Positions 8,064 through 17,340 of a DNA stretch of 64,000 nucleotides are shown one piece after another. This stretch comes from Candidatus Magasanikiibacteriota bacterium (GTDB taxonomy: Bacteria > Patescibacteriota > Patescibacteriia > Magasanikbacterales > UBA922), in contig DOYU01000019.1 of assembly GCA_003518365.1 (NCBI GenBank), forward strand, positions 40,224 to 104,223, written 5' to 3'. How positions within the stretch are numbered: position 1 is the stretch's first letter; every line of letters starts with the position of its first letter. A program made the translations under genes and the position numbers. Below the pieces are notes generated by a model. It ran no database searches. It worked only from the letters and a program-made list of their open reading frames with translations, and was not told where the DNA came from.

Positions 8064-8909
8064 TTATACTTTACTATGTATCCACGTTAATACAATGCCT
8101 ACTGGTCGCGCAATTCTGAGCACAACAGCCTTCCAAGGGGCTTCCCACTTTGCAAAGTAGGCAATCATACTCTTGGTAAACCATTGTTGTTTTTGTACAC
8201 TGGGAAATCTTTTAAATGTCTGTCCGACGTAGTCCACGCAAGAAATAATCGGTGTATAGACTACACGAAATCCCATTTTTTTTACTTCTCGACAAATATC
8301 AACATCCTCAAACCAAATAAAATATCTTGGATCAAAGATCCACCCTAGTCTATCAGCAATGCTCTTTCGTAACAAGAGAAACGATCCTCGTACAGAATCA
8401 ACGTCTTGCTCCTTCTCAGGGTCAAACCCTTTGTACACATATCTATTCAACAATCCTGGAAATACATGAGAGAGCTTCAACACAATGGCAAGCTGATCAA
8501 GAAGTCCCGGAAATCTCCGCGGCAGTGCATCTTTTTGGATTGATCCGTCCTGTGCGACAAGCTTTGGACTTACGATACCAACGTCTTCATGCGATCGCAT
8601 CCAGTCTACAAGTACTTTCAAAGATCCAGGCTCAAGGCGCATGTCAGGATTGAGAAGCAAGATAAATTCCCCTGTTGCTTTTGCATGCCCAGCATTATTC
8701 GCGGCACCAAAGCCAATATTTTTTCCATTTTCTATCACAATTGCGTGTGGAAATTGTGTTCTTACTTTTTCAAGAGAACCATCTGTTGATCCATTATCTG
8801 AAATAATTTGTTCGTATGCAATGTTTACAGCAGCACGCTGAACAGACTCCATTTGTGGAAGCAATTTTTCTCCGTCATTTGTGTTTACTGTGATAATAGA
8901 TACATCCAT
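8064..8909 (-). CDS. Glycosyltransferase family 2
   Basis: MDVSIITVNTNDGEKLL...IISDNGSTDGS...FILLLNPDMRLEP. Start moved to the internal MDVSIITV, directly abutting the rmlD stop. Confidence 0.8.
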   Translation of the reverse strand: MDVSIITVNTNDGEKLLPQMESVQRAAVNIAYEQIISDNGSTDGSLEKVRTQFPHAIVIENGKNIGFGAANNAGHAKATGEFILLLNPDMRLEPGSLKVLVDWMRSHEDVGIVSPKLVAQDGSIQKDALPRRFPGLLDQLAIVLKLSHVFPGLLNRYVYKGFDPEKEQDVDSVRGSFLLLRKSIADRLGWIFDPRYFIWFEDVDICREVKKMGFRVVYTPIISCVDYVGQTFKRFPSVQKQQWFTKSMIAYFAKWEAPWKAVVLRIARPVGIVLTWIHSKV

Positions 8910-8911
8910 AC

Positions 8912-9772
8912 TTATATAGTATCGAGATATGCAAGCAATGCATCTTGCCAACGTCGCTGCACCGGTCCTTTTGTATTCAACAACATTGAATGCATTGGCG
9001 CTTTTGCAGGACGCGGAAACTGTGATGCAGGCACAGGGCTGACATCAATATCAATATTTTTTATGTCAAAAATTTCCTTTGCCCATCCATACCAACTACA
9101 TCCTCCACTATTCGCACCGTGATAGATGCCAAATGGGTATGATTCTTCCAAGACTTTCTTTGTAAACAATGCGACGTCTGGTGCATATGACGGCGAACTT
9201 ATTTGATCAGTTACAACATCAAGATGATCTTTTTCTGCGGCAAGGTGGATCATCGTATCCACAAAACTTCGCTTTGAGCCTTCCCCTACTCCGGCTTTCC
9301 CAAACAATCGAGAAATACGAATAATATATGCGTCAGCTTCCGCCTTCATTACTTCTGTCTCACCAAGCAATTTTGTCTCTGCATATCTACTGAGAGGATG
9401 AGGCGCAGCATCTTCTGCATATCCGTCAGCTTGTACACCGTCGAATACATAATCAGTAGAATAATGGACGAAAACACTTCCATGTTCTTTTGCATACAGT
9501 GCGAGTCGCCCAGGCGCAATACCATTTACTTCTGTTGCAAGATCATACACGGCAGCGTCTGTTTCTATAGTATCGACGGCGTTCACCGCCGCTGCGTTGA
9601 TCACCATATCTGGTTGTTCTTTTTCAAACAATGCATTGACTGCATGTTCATCTGTAATATCACAGTCATCTTTATCGATCTGAATCACCGTATACGTATC
9701 ATCACGCTCAAAAAGAGCAGCAACTGCCTGCCCCAGAGTCCCTTTTGCACCAAAAAGAAGAAGTCGTTTCAT
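8912..9772 (-). CDS. rfbD: dTDP-4-dehydrorhamnose reductase
   Basis: MKRLLLFGAKGTLGQAV...YSTDYVFDG...SRYAETKLLGE is the RmlD signature. Start set at MKRLLLFG (ATG at about 9770-9772). Confidence 0.8.
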   Translation of the reverse strand: MKRLLLFGAKGTLGQAVAALFERDDTYTVIQIDKDDCDITDEHAVNALFEKEQPDMVINAAAVNAVDTIETDAAVYDLATEVNGIAPGRLALYAKEHGSVFVHYSTDYVFDGVQADGYAEDAAPHPLSRYAETKLLGETEVMKAEADAYIIRISRLFGKAGVGEGSKRSFVDTMIHLAAEKDHLDVVTDQISSPSYAPDVALFTKKVLEESYPFGIYHGANSGGCSWYGWAKEIFDIKNIDIDVSPVPASQFPRPAKAPMHSMLLNTKGPVQRRWQDALLAYLDTI

Positions 9773-9845
9773 ATACCGATATCTTAGCAGAATTGAGAGA
9801 AAAATCAAGGTAAACGAAAGACGTACCACATCTTCCAATTACCTC

Positions 9846-9875
9846 CTCCGAACGTGACCGCGGTCACGTTCGGAG
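9846..9875. terminator. Perfect 30-bp palindrome ctccgaacgtgaccgcggtcacgttcggag (terminator and/or operator)
   Basis: Read directly. Lies between the NUDIX stop and the rmlD start on the minus strand. Confidence 0.5.
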
Positions 9876-9881
9876 CATCTC

Positions 9882-10352
9882 CTATAGCTTCTTTGGATCC
9901 CACGGACGAATCGCGTGTCCGCTATACAGACCGTCGTTGATGTAGACATCCACATGGACAAAATACCCATGAAGCACCCATGGCAGAAAGTGCTGATCGG
10001 CGGGGAGTGTGGGAATCGCGGGGATATCGTAAATCGAGAACCACTGCAATGCACCTTCTCGCCCGTTTGATGTGGGTATGCCGCTAAACTGCGTGACTCG
10101 ATACATGCGAACACGACGAGTCAGACATCCATCCACAAACACGGTAAGCAGCCCGACATCTTCCGTTTCAAGTGCAGTGAGCCCAGTCTCTTCAAAGAGC
10201 TCAGCTAGTGCGCATTCGAGGAACGTCTGTCCGTCCTTCAACTTTCCACCAGGTCCATTCCACTTTCTATAATGGGGTGCATACGGCTGCGCCCCTTGTA
10301 TCATCAGGACTTTCCCATCCCTGATCGGATACACGAGCACTGCGTCAATCAT
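9882..10352 (-). CDS. NUDIX hydrolase
   Basis: NUDIX box GGKLKDGQTFLECALAELFEETGL. GC about 52%, above background. Confidence 0.75.
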   Translation of the reverse strand: MIDAVLVYPIRDGKVLMIQGAQPYAPHYRKWNGPGGKLKDGQTFLECALAELFEETGLTALETEDVGLLTVFVDGCLTRRVRMYRVTQFSGIPTSNGREGALQWFSIYDIPAIPTLPADQHFLPWVLHGYFVHVDVYINDGLYSGHAIRPWDPKKL

Positions 10353-10510
10353 CGTGCACCTCCACTGTAGAAGCTATATCGTATCCTTATACAAAAACCT
10401 CCTTTTGTCAAACAAAAAAGCACCACATGTGATGCACTTTTGAAATGTGCCGGCGACTCTCTCGTGAGAAAGAGTCGCCAGCACGCACCTGAGGGTCTCC
10501 TTACCTGACC

Positions 10511-11236
10511 TCAGGCGTTGTCGATGTCCATGCCGAGTTCACCCTCCGCAAACAGGCGGAGACGCTCGATCTGGTTCGGGGCACTCCAGATGTCGAGGAG
10601 TCGCACCCAGTCTGTCAGCCGTGCCTTGGCTGCGTCGAGGTTCCCCTGGCTGACGAGCCAACGCATGTAGAACTCAACTCGGCCAGCGTGGTCCTTCGAC
10701 TGGGTCTCACGCATGAAGTCGAGGTACTGGCAGTATTCGCCCTCGTTGAAGGCGATCGCCCCCGACTCCATAAGTCCAACACCGATCTTCGTCCGCACGA
10801 CCCACCAAGCCGGCCCGCGGTAGTCCTCGAAGACGCCACTCAGAAGGTCGTACGCTTCCTCGTTCAGGGCATCTTGTCGCTCAGGATGGTTGCCATTGTG
10901 CTTCGCACACGCGGAAGCCGCATTGTGCAAAAGCAATGCTTTGACCTCGACAGGCCCAGTGAACGTTCCAGATGCATTCTCACAGCAGACACGAATAAAC
11001 AGATCGAATCGCTCAAGTGATTCCGGATTGACATTGACCCCGTTCTGAACCTGCCGCTTACTGGCGGCGATACGGTAGTAATTGACAACCAGCTGCGAGG
11101 CATTGTATACCCCTGTCACGACGGCATACGCGTACAGATTTTGGTCGAGCAGCGACCTATAGAGCGCAGCCCCGTCACCGACGGGGACCTGCCCTTCTAG
11201 CATGAGCACTCTCGCCAGTTGTGGAATCACTTTCAT
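10511..11236 (-). CDS. Hypothetical protein, GC-rich (about 58%)
   Basis: 241-aa ORF with high GC and GC3 bias, and no recognisable motif. Followed 3' by a GC-rich hairpin plus a second hairpin and TTTTTTGTTTGAC. Confidence 0.5.
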   Translation of the reverse strand: MKVIPQLARVLMLEGQVPVGDGAALYRSLLDQNLYAYAVVTGVYNASQLVVNYYRIAASKRQVQNGVNVNPESLERFDLFIRVCCENASGTFTGPVEVKALLLHNAASACAKHNGNHPERQDALNEEAYDLLSGVFEDYRGPAWWVVRTKIGVGLMESGAIAFNEGEYCQYLDFMRETQSKDHAGRVEFYMRWLVSQGNLDAAKARLTDWVRLLDIWSAPNQIERLRLFAEGELGMDIDNA

Positions 11237-11371
11237 CTTGGAACCTCACGGATCTTCTGCAACCACGACTTGCGGTGCATGAGAATAGAAGTAAGCATTG
11301 CTTCCACTCCCCTACACAACAAAAAACGCAGGATATCTGATCCTACGTTATTTTTTCTTTTTTGTCAATCT

Positions 11372-11795
11372 CTATGCTGCCAATCCATTTTCTCCCAAAA
11401 TCTTCCGATACGCCTCATAATCCTCCAGATAATCACTTCGGTCAGGATTATAATTTGTTGAAGACAGTGCAATAAGGAGCGCATCATCAGAAAAATCCTT
11501 AAATCCATGCCAGACGAGTGCTCCTGTGACAATCGCATCACCAGGACCGTTCAATATAACATCTTCTTTCCCATTTCCCTGGTCAATAATCGCAGTACAA
11601 CTCCCCTTTGCCATGATAAACATTTCATTCTCTTTATAATGACAATGCTGACCAGTTGCTTCTTTGCAATTCTGGATAAAATACACGCGCTTCACTTCCC
11701 AATCGATGTACTCTTTCAGTTCATTAAACGTATACGTCGCTTTTTCATTGACGAGTGTGTTGAGAGAAATTTTTCTAAAATCAAGTGTGTCCATA
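11372..11795 (-). CDS. FdtA/WxcM-like cupin (dTDP-4-keto-6-deoxyhexose 3,4-isomerase-like)
   Basis: Cupin core ..HCHYKENEMFIMAKGSCTAIIDQGNGKEDVILNGPGDAIVTGALVWHGF. Start moved to MDTLDF immediately after the rmlB stop. Confidence 0.55.
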
Positions 11796-11798
11796 TGC

Positions 11799-12929
11799 TT
11801 ACGCAACGTGAGGAAATGGTTTTGTATCACGAGCATGCGCATCCGGTGCTTCATCACCAAACACATCCTCTTCATGCTTTTCTTGTTTTTTTTGATACGT
11901 TGGCGTGTGATTAATTTTAAATGCATCTTCTTGCTTTTCCCACAAATTCTGTACCCAATCTTTATTGGTAAGATACCAATTGATCGTTTCCGAAAGTCCA
12001 ATTTCAAATTTGTCTCGGGTATAGGTTGGTTTCCACCCCAGTGCTTTGATTTTTGTTGCATCAATCGCATAACGCAGATCATTTCCCGGTCTATCTTCAA
12101 CAAAGACAAGCATATCGCTTGGTTTGTTCATGAGCTCGAGAATAAGTTTTGCAATATCAACATTATTTCGTTCATTGTCCACGCCTACATTGTAGACTTC
12201 GCCAGGTTCACCTTTATGCAGCATGAGATCCAAGGCATTACAGTGATCATTTACATGGATCCAGTCACGAACATTTTGTCCATTGCCATGAATCGTAATC
12301 GGTTTATTTTTGAGCAATCGAAATACAGAAATAGGAATAAGTTTTTCTGGATATTGGAATGGTCCATAATTATTTGAACAGTGCGTCACAACCACAGGGG
12401 TCTTATGTGTCGCATAGTATGCATGGCAGAGCATGTCTCCACCTGCCTTTGCTGCAGCATATGGCATATTCGGCTGGATCGGTGTGTCTTCTCTGAAAAG
12501 ACTATCACTATCAAGTTCAAGCGATCCATACACTTCGTCAGTAGATACGTTTACAAATTTTTCGAGGTGAAAATTTTTGACAAGGTTCAACAGCATCAAC
12601 ACACCAAACGTATTTGTCATCACAAACTCGCTACAGTCACCATGAATAGATCTATCCACGTGCGTCTCGGCTGCAAAATTGATAACGTGGGTGATGCCAT
12701 ATTGCTGCACAACATCAGTGAGCTTTACGTAGTCAGTAATATCGCCTTTGATAAAGGTGTAGCGTGAAGAATACTGAAGATTGTTTTCAATATCTCGAAG
12801 ATTATCGAGATTCCCAGCATACGTCAGCTTATCATAGTTGACCACTTCGTAATGAGGATAGGTCTCGAGGATATGGTGGATAAAATTGGATCCGATAAAC
12901 CCGGCTCCCCCACAAACAAGAATTTTCAT
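11799..12929 (-). CDS. rfbB: dTDP-glucose 4,6-dehydratase
   Basis: MKILVCGGAGFIGSNF...YxxxK (PYAAAKAGGDML)...GPFQYPEKLIP is the canonical RmlB. Confidence 0.9.
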   Translation of the reverse strand: MKILVCGGAGFIGSNFIHHILETYPHYEVVNYDKLTYAGNLDNLRDIENNLQYSSRYTFIKGDITDYVKLTDVVQQYGITHVINFAAETHVDRSIHGDCSEFVMTNTFGVLMLLNLVKNFHLEKFVNVSTDEVYGSLELDSDSLFREDTPIQPNMPYAAAKAGGDMLCHAYYATHKTPVVVTHCSNNYGPFQYPEKLIPISVFRLLKNKPITIHGNGQNVRDWIHVNDHCNALDLMLHKGEPGEVYNVGVDNERNNVDIAKLILELMNKPSDMLVFVEDRPGNDLRYAIDATKIKALGWKPTYTRDKFEIGLSETINWYLTNKDWVQNLWEKQEDAFKINHTPTYQKKQEKHEEDVFGDEAPDAHARDTKPFPHVA

Positions 12930-13005
12930 ACAAAATAATAGTCTCTAAAAGAATATAGCCATAATAGCATACGAAGGAGGCTTCATCAATACCTCGATGC
13001 AATGG

Positions 13006-13392
13006 TCATGAGAACACGTCAAAGGGTACATCATCACTCCTATCATGAAGAGGTTCATCTGAAAAAGATACCAAAACACTCTCGGTATCGAGTCTATTTT
13101 TTATAGCAAAGGCAACATAGGGCGGAACATGCACAATGCCACTGTCAGGTTCAAGATGAAACATCTTTTCTTTTCCACTACTCGGCTGGATAAATTTTGC
13201 ATCGAGTTCCCCTACTTGTGCAAAAAAGACCATATTGGTCTTTGTAAAATACAGATTTCCTATAATTGCCTTTGGGAAGATGATCATCCGTGTGATATAA
13301 ACGCCGCCAACACGAACCGATTCGAGGACACGAGTCTTCTTTGTATCATCTTTGTGAAAATGATACGTGGTGACAAATGGTTCGTCTCGCAT
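13006..13392 (-). CDS. Cupin-fold protein, WxcM/FdtA-like sugar isomerase-like
   Basis: 128 aa with a cupin-like core VHVPPYVAFAIKN...LVSFSDEPLHDRSDDV. Sits in the rhamnose-gene neighbourhood. Confidence 0.45.
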   Translation of the reverse strand: MRDEPFVTTYHFHKDDTKKTRVLESVRVGGVYITRMIIFPKAIIGNLYFTKTNMVFFAQVGELDAKFIQPSSGKEKMFHLEPDSGIVHVPPYVAFAIKNRLDTESVLVSFSDEPLHDRSDDVPFDVFS

Positions 13393-13401
13393 ATCAGAAA
13401 G

Positions 13402-13989
13402 TTATGAACTATTCTCGTGCGTATCGAAAAAGCGGTGTCGGACGAGTGACCATGCTGCCATGGTGTACCCATCAGAAATATCGCCACGCTTGATCATATC
13501 TTCAAATTCATCAGGGCGCCGATATAGGACATCAATCTCTTCCGTGTCATCTAATTGCTGTTCTTTCTGCTCAGTCACCTGTGCCAAAAATACATGAGCA
13601 GTCGTTTTGAGATATCCATTACTCGGATTGAATTCTCCAACCTTTACCCATTCTTCTGCTTCCCATCCTGTTTCTTCAAGCAATTCCCTTTGCGCTGATT
13701 CCAATGCAGTACTTCCTGCTTGTATCTTCCCTGATGGTAATTCAATACTTTGCTTATCTGATAAATATCGATGTTGCAATACAAGAACAATTCTTCCGTC
13801 TGGCATCACCGGTACAATACAAGACGACCCACGTGTTTCTAAATAATAATAATTTCCTTCTTCGCCATTGGGTTTTTCGTAAGTATCATGTTTGTACTGT
13901 GTCCATGGATTTTCATGAATTACTTCTTCACTTATTTTTTTAAGGTGTTTTGGCATATTACACAAACAACTTCGCAACATCATCAACAT
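13402..13989 (-). CDS. NUDIX hydrolase (ADP-ribose pyrophosphatase-like)
   Basis: NUDIX box SGKIQAGSTALESAQRELLEETGW. The likely start is an internal MPKHLKK. Confidence 0.7.
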   Translation of the reverse strand: MLMMLRSCLCNMPKHLKKISEEVIHENPWTQYKHDTYEKPNGEEGNYYYLETRGSSCIVPVMPDGRIVLVLQHRYLSDKQSIELPSGKIQAGSTALESAQRELLEETGWEAEEWVKVGEFNPSNGYLKTTAHVFLAQVTEQKEQQLDDTEEIDVLYRRPDEFEDMIKRGDISDGYTMAAWSLVRHRFFDTHENSS

Positions 13990-14362
13990 TCATCGCACCA
14001 GGGTTGTGTATGATGCCATGCATATTTGTCCCACCATCACCTTCCCAGCGTGGCAAAATATGAATATGAAGATGGGGTACGTCTTGTCCACCAGCATCCC
14101 CATGATTCCATCCAATATTGTAGCCATCAGGCTGCAACACATGTTCTATTCGCTCTGCCGTTTTTTTTACAGAAGGAAGCAGATCCTTTGCGATTTCTTC
14201 ATTCAGATCAAAAATTGTTTCAGCATGTACTTTGGGAATCACAATGGTATGTCCTTTTGTTCGTGGATGGATATCCAAAAAAGCCAGTACATGATTGTCC
14301 TCATATACGGTATAGTTTGGAATTTCTTTGGCAACGATCTTGCAAAAAATACAATCTTTCAT
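13958..14362 (-). CDS. HIT family (histidine triad) nucleotide hydrolase
   Basis: CIFCKI...GHTIVIPKVH...HLHIHILPR is the classic HIT motif. Confidence 0.85.
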   Translation of the reverse strand: MKDCIFCKIVAKEIPNYTVYEDNHVLAFLDIHPRTKGHTIVIPKVHAETIFDLNEEIAKDLLPSVKKTAERIEHVLQPDGYNIGWNHGDAGGQDVPHLHIHILPRWEGDGGTNMHGIIHNPGAMNVDDVAKLFV

Positions 14363-14403
14363 AATATATACTGATATATGATGCTATACCCATGTAGCAT
14401 AAC

Positions 14404-16719
14404 CTACAATGCAGCCGAATTCAAGGGCAATACCCGTGCATGCCACACAAAAAAACCAGGAGAGACAACAGGCAATACATCAAGCAAAATGGAAATTTCT
14501 TCTTTCAAATCTTCTGAAACAATATCAGGCAATACCACAAAACACTGGCTCCTTTCGGTTAAGGTAAACATTGATGTCACCGTATCATTCGTTGCGTCAC
14601 CGTTCAAAAATGTCTCGTACAGTGCCACACGTTCATGCTGACCAAACTGCGAGTCAAGAGAGAAGTTGCCACCCACAATATCACCAGCAGTCACTGCCTC
14701 AAGCGGCAAGAGTACCCACGTGTCGGCAAGAACACACAGGTCATCTGAAAAACCACGCAATTCACTCGCAAGGAATGTTGCAACCGCATATTCATCTGTA
14801 CTCGTACTGCGCATATCTGGTCCAGAAGCATAGGTACTGGTACTCGCCCATGCGACAATGAAAATACACACCCCAGCAAGGATTCTCCTTAGTATCAATG
14901 AACGATACCGAATGAGAGAAAAAAGCAATACCATACCAAGTGCAACAAATAGCAATGTGAATGTTGCAATATATGGATCCAGACGACGAATCAATGTCCT
15001 GTCTCCTGCTAATACAAACCAACCAATCTTATATGCACCAAGAAGTGATACAAGAAGCCAAGCAGACAAAAGAGACACAAACGATTTTTTCTCACGGACA
15101 AATACCATGACTGCGTAGAGCACTATCCCCCACATGCCAATCATGAATGGCATAAGCCACCATCGCCAGAGAGTAAAAATTGATGATACAAATGCATAGA
15201 CGGGCGTATGATTAAACATGAGATTCCCGCTGAGCATATCATGTGGACGGATGCTACTGGCATAATACCAACCACTGAATTGCCCAAGTATCGTCTTCGT
15301 ACTTTCAAAAAGAGATATGCCCGATGGGAACACGCTCGTATGTGCTGCCAATTCTATGATTGGAAATGCACAGGCCCCAAGCAGAGTCACCCAGAAAACC
15401 CACACCCACTGCCATACACCTTTTTTTATATGTAATCCAATCTGCGAGAATACCCACGCACCGAGAACAACAAACAGGAATAGTAAAAATGAAAGTGCGT
15501 ATCCAAAAAGCAACAACACACTCAAAAGAATCAGCAATAATTTTTGTGACGAATGCGGACGCGCGAGATATTGCAACAAAAGCATGAACGTAAAAAGGAA
15601 CGTCAACACGCCAAAACTCACAGGAAGAGATAAGGCACCAAGTGCCTGTAGTGGAAACGCAAGAAATGAAAGCCACGCAACGCATAATCCACCTCGCCAT
15701 GAGTTCAGCACCAACCGACCTATACGAAACAATAGCAACGGAAATACGAACGACCAAATGAGTGGCAACATCCATATGTGAATAGTCTTAAACGAAATAC
15801 CAGTCAATTGATGTGTGATAATACCAAGAGACCAAAATTGACCATATGAATACTTTTGCGGGATGAGAAACGCTTCAGGGATATCAACACCAGCTACCTC
15901 TCTCCAACGAGCCTCAGTACCAAACAATACCGGTGGAACAATCTCGCCAGCAGCAAGCTGTTCTTCAACACCCATATGCCGCCACACATCACCACCCCAG
16001 GGTAACCTATGGGAAAGCGGTATGTACAGATGTAATAAAAGACTATGGAATAAGATGAGCATCAGCACGTGTTTGGTCCCCATGCGAGAAAAAATCAACA
16101 CACCGAGTATGGCAGTCAATACAAACACGAGAGGCAATATCGAGAGAGAAAGTGTTTGCCATGGTGAAAAAAAGACACCCGTACCATCTGCCTTAAAAAA
16201 AAGAACAACCGTAATACCCCATATACCCAGGTATACCCATGTGAACCAGGATATCTTTGGAAACACGGGTATTGATTCTTTTATACTTTTTCCTTGCAGA
16301 GGATGCCCGTGAGGCCGCTGCAAAAACCACATCTTCAAGAGATAACTCAACAAAAATGCTCCCAAAAGAGTACTTGCTGTCAACAGTGGTGTCGTCGTAT
16401 ACAATGCCAACACAATAGACTCCAACGCAGATACAAAAAATATCGCGGCAAATACAGATAAGAACCAAGAAACAAATCCTCGTTCAAAACGAAAGACATG
16501 ATGCAATATATGTTGCCAAAGGTACGTTAACACACCAAGATAGAGTATTCCAAGCATCGACCCCACAAATGGCATCTGCCAAAACATGAGCTGCATAAAG
16601 AGCAACCAGGAGAGAAACAATCCAAGTAGAAACGTACCTATATGTGATTTCCAATGCATCATACTGTCAAACACCATGTGTAAACAAACTAAGGATAGCA
16701 AAACCAATAGCGAGCCCAA
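14404..16719 (-). CDS. Large polytopic membrane protein (about 14 TM plus C-terminal soluble domain), putative GT-C-type glycosyltransferase/polymerase
   Basis: 771 aa. Dense hydrophobic helices fill the first about 560 aa, followed by a hydrophilic C-terminal domain of about 200 aa. Paralogous architecture to 17341..19431. Confidence 0.55.
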   Translation of the reverse strand: MGSLLVLLSLVCLHMVFDSMMHWKSHIGTFLLGLFLSWLLFMQLMFWQMPFVGSMLGILYLGVLTYLWQHILHHVFRFERGFVSWFLSVFAAIFFVSALESIVLALYTTTPLLTASTLLGAFLLSYLLKMWFLQRPHGHPLQGKSIKESIPVFPKISWFTWVYLGIWGITVVLFFKADGTGVFFSPWQTLSLSILPLVFVLTAILGVLIFSRMGTKHVLMLILFHSLLLHLYIPLSHRLPWGGDVWRHMGVEEQLAAGEIVPPVLFGTEARWREVAGVDIPEAFLIPQKYSYGQFWSLGIITHQLTGISFKTIHIWMLPLIWSFVFPLLLFRIGRLVLNSWRGGLCVAWLSFLAFPLQALGALSLPVSFGVLTFLFTFMLLLQYLARPHSSQKLLLILLSVLLLFGYALSFLLFLFVVLGAWVFSQIGLHIKKGVWQWVWVFWVTLLGACAFPIIELAAHTSVFPSGISLFESTKTILGQFSGWYYASSIRPHDMLSGNLMFNHTPVYAFVSSIFTLWRWWLMPFMIGMWGIVLYAVMVFVREKKSFVSLLSAWLLVSLLGAYKIGWFVLAGDRTLIRRLDPYIATFTLLFVALGMVLLFSLIRYRSLILRRILAGVCIFIVAWASTSTYASGPDMRSTSTDEYAVATFLASELRGFSDDLCVLADTWVLLPLEAVTAGDIVGGNFSLDSQFGQHERVALYETFLNGDATNDTVTSMFTLTERSQCFVVLPDIVSEDLKEEISILLDVLPVVSPGFFVWHARVLPLNSAAL

Positions 16720-17320
16720 ATATTCCAGCAGCGATTGTCATAAGAAATGGAAAATCAAGCAATAATGCGAACATGGTGAGTGATACCGCGATTACCTGAA
16801 AAATCATTTTAATTTTCCCCCACAAATTTGCCATGCGCACTGTTTTGAATTTTACTTTGAGAATCACAGCTGAAAGAATAAACAAAATTTCAAATCCTAA
16901 AATAACAATGCCCAGCCATATATTAAAATTTTGAAAGACCAACAAAATAATAGCAGAACCAACCAACAATTTATCTGCAAGAGGATCTGCAAGAATGCCA
17001 AAATTGGTAATTTTATTTTGTGTACGCGCAAGCGAGCCATCGAGTGCATCAGTAAAGGCAGCAAACAAAAAGAGAAACACCCCCCATGTATATGCATGGG
17101 TCGCAAGTAACCAAAATACAAATGGTGTGAGTACCATGCGAGTAACCGTAAGAATGTTTGGCGTAATAGATTTTGGGAGCCAACGCAAAATTGTCCATGC
17201 CAAAAAACGATCATGAGGATGAATATGGTGAGCCTCCTGATATACAAAAAGTGCAGGCTCTGTTGCTTTTGCTTTGTTGATGACTTTTCTCATACCACGT
17301 ATACTATCAGATATCTTCAA
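16667..17320 (-). CDS. CDP-alcohol phosphatidyltransferase (PgsA-like)
   Basis: DALDGSLAR...G...ADPLADK matches D-x2-DG-x2-AR...G-x3-D-x3-D. Multiple TM helices. Confidence 0.75.
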   Translation of the reverse strand: MKISDSIRGMRKVINKAKATEPALFVYQEAHHIHPHDRFLAWTILRWLPKSITPNILTVTRMVLTPFVFWLLATHAYTWGVFLFLFAAFTDALDGSLARTQNKITNFGILADPLADKLLVGSAIILLVFQNFNIWLGIVILGFEILFILSAVILKVKFKTVRMANLWGKIKMIFQVIAVSLTMFALLLDFPFLMTIAAGIFGLAIGFAILSLFTHGV

Positions 17321-17340
17321 AAAGGAAAAAATATAATTAC

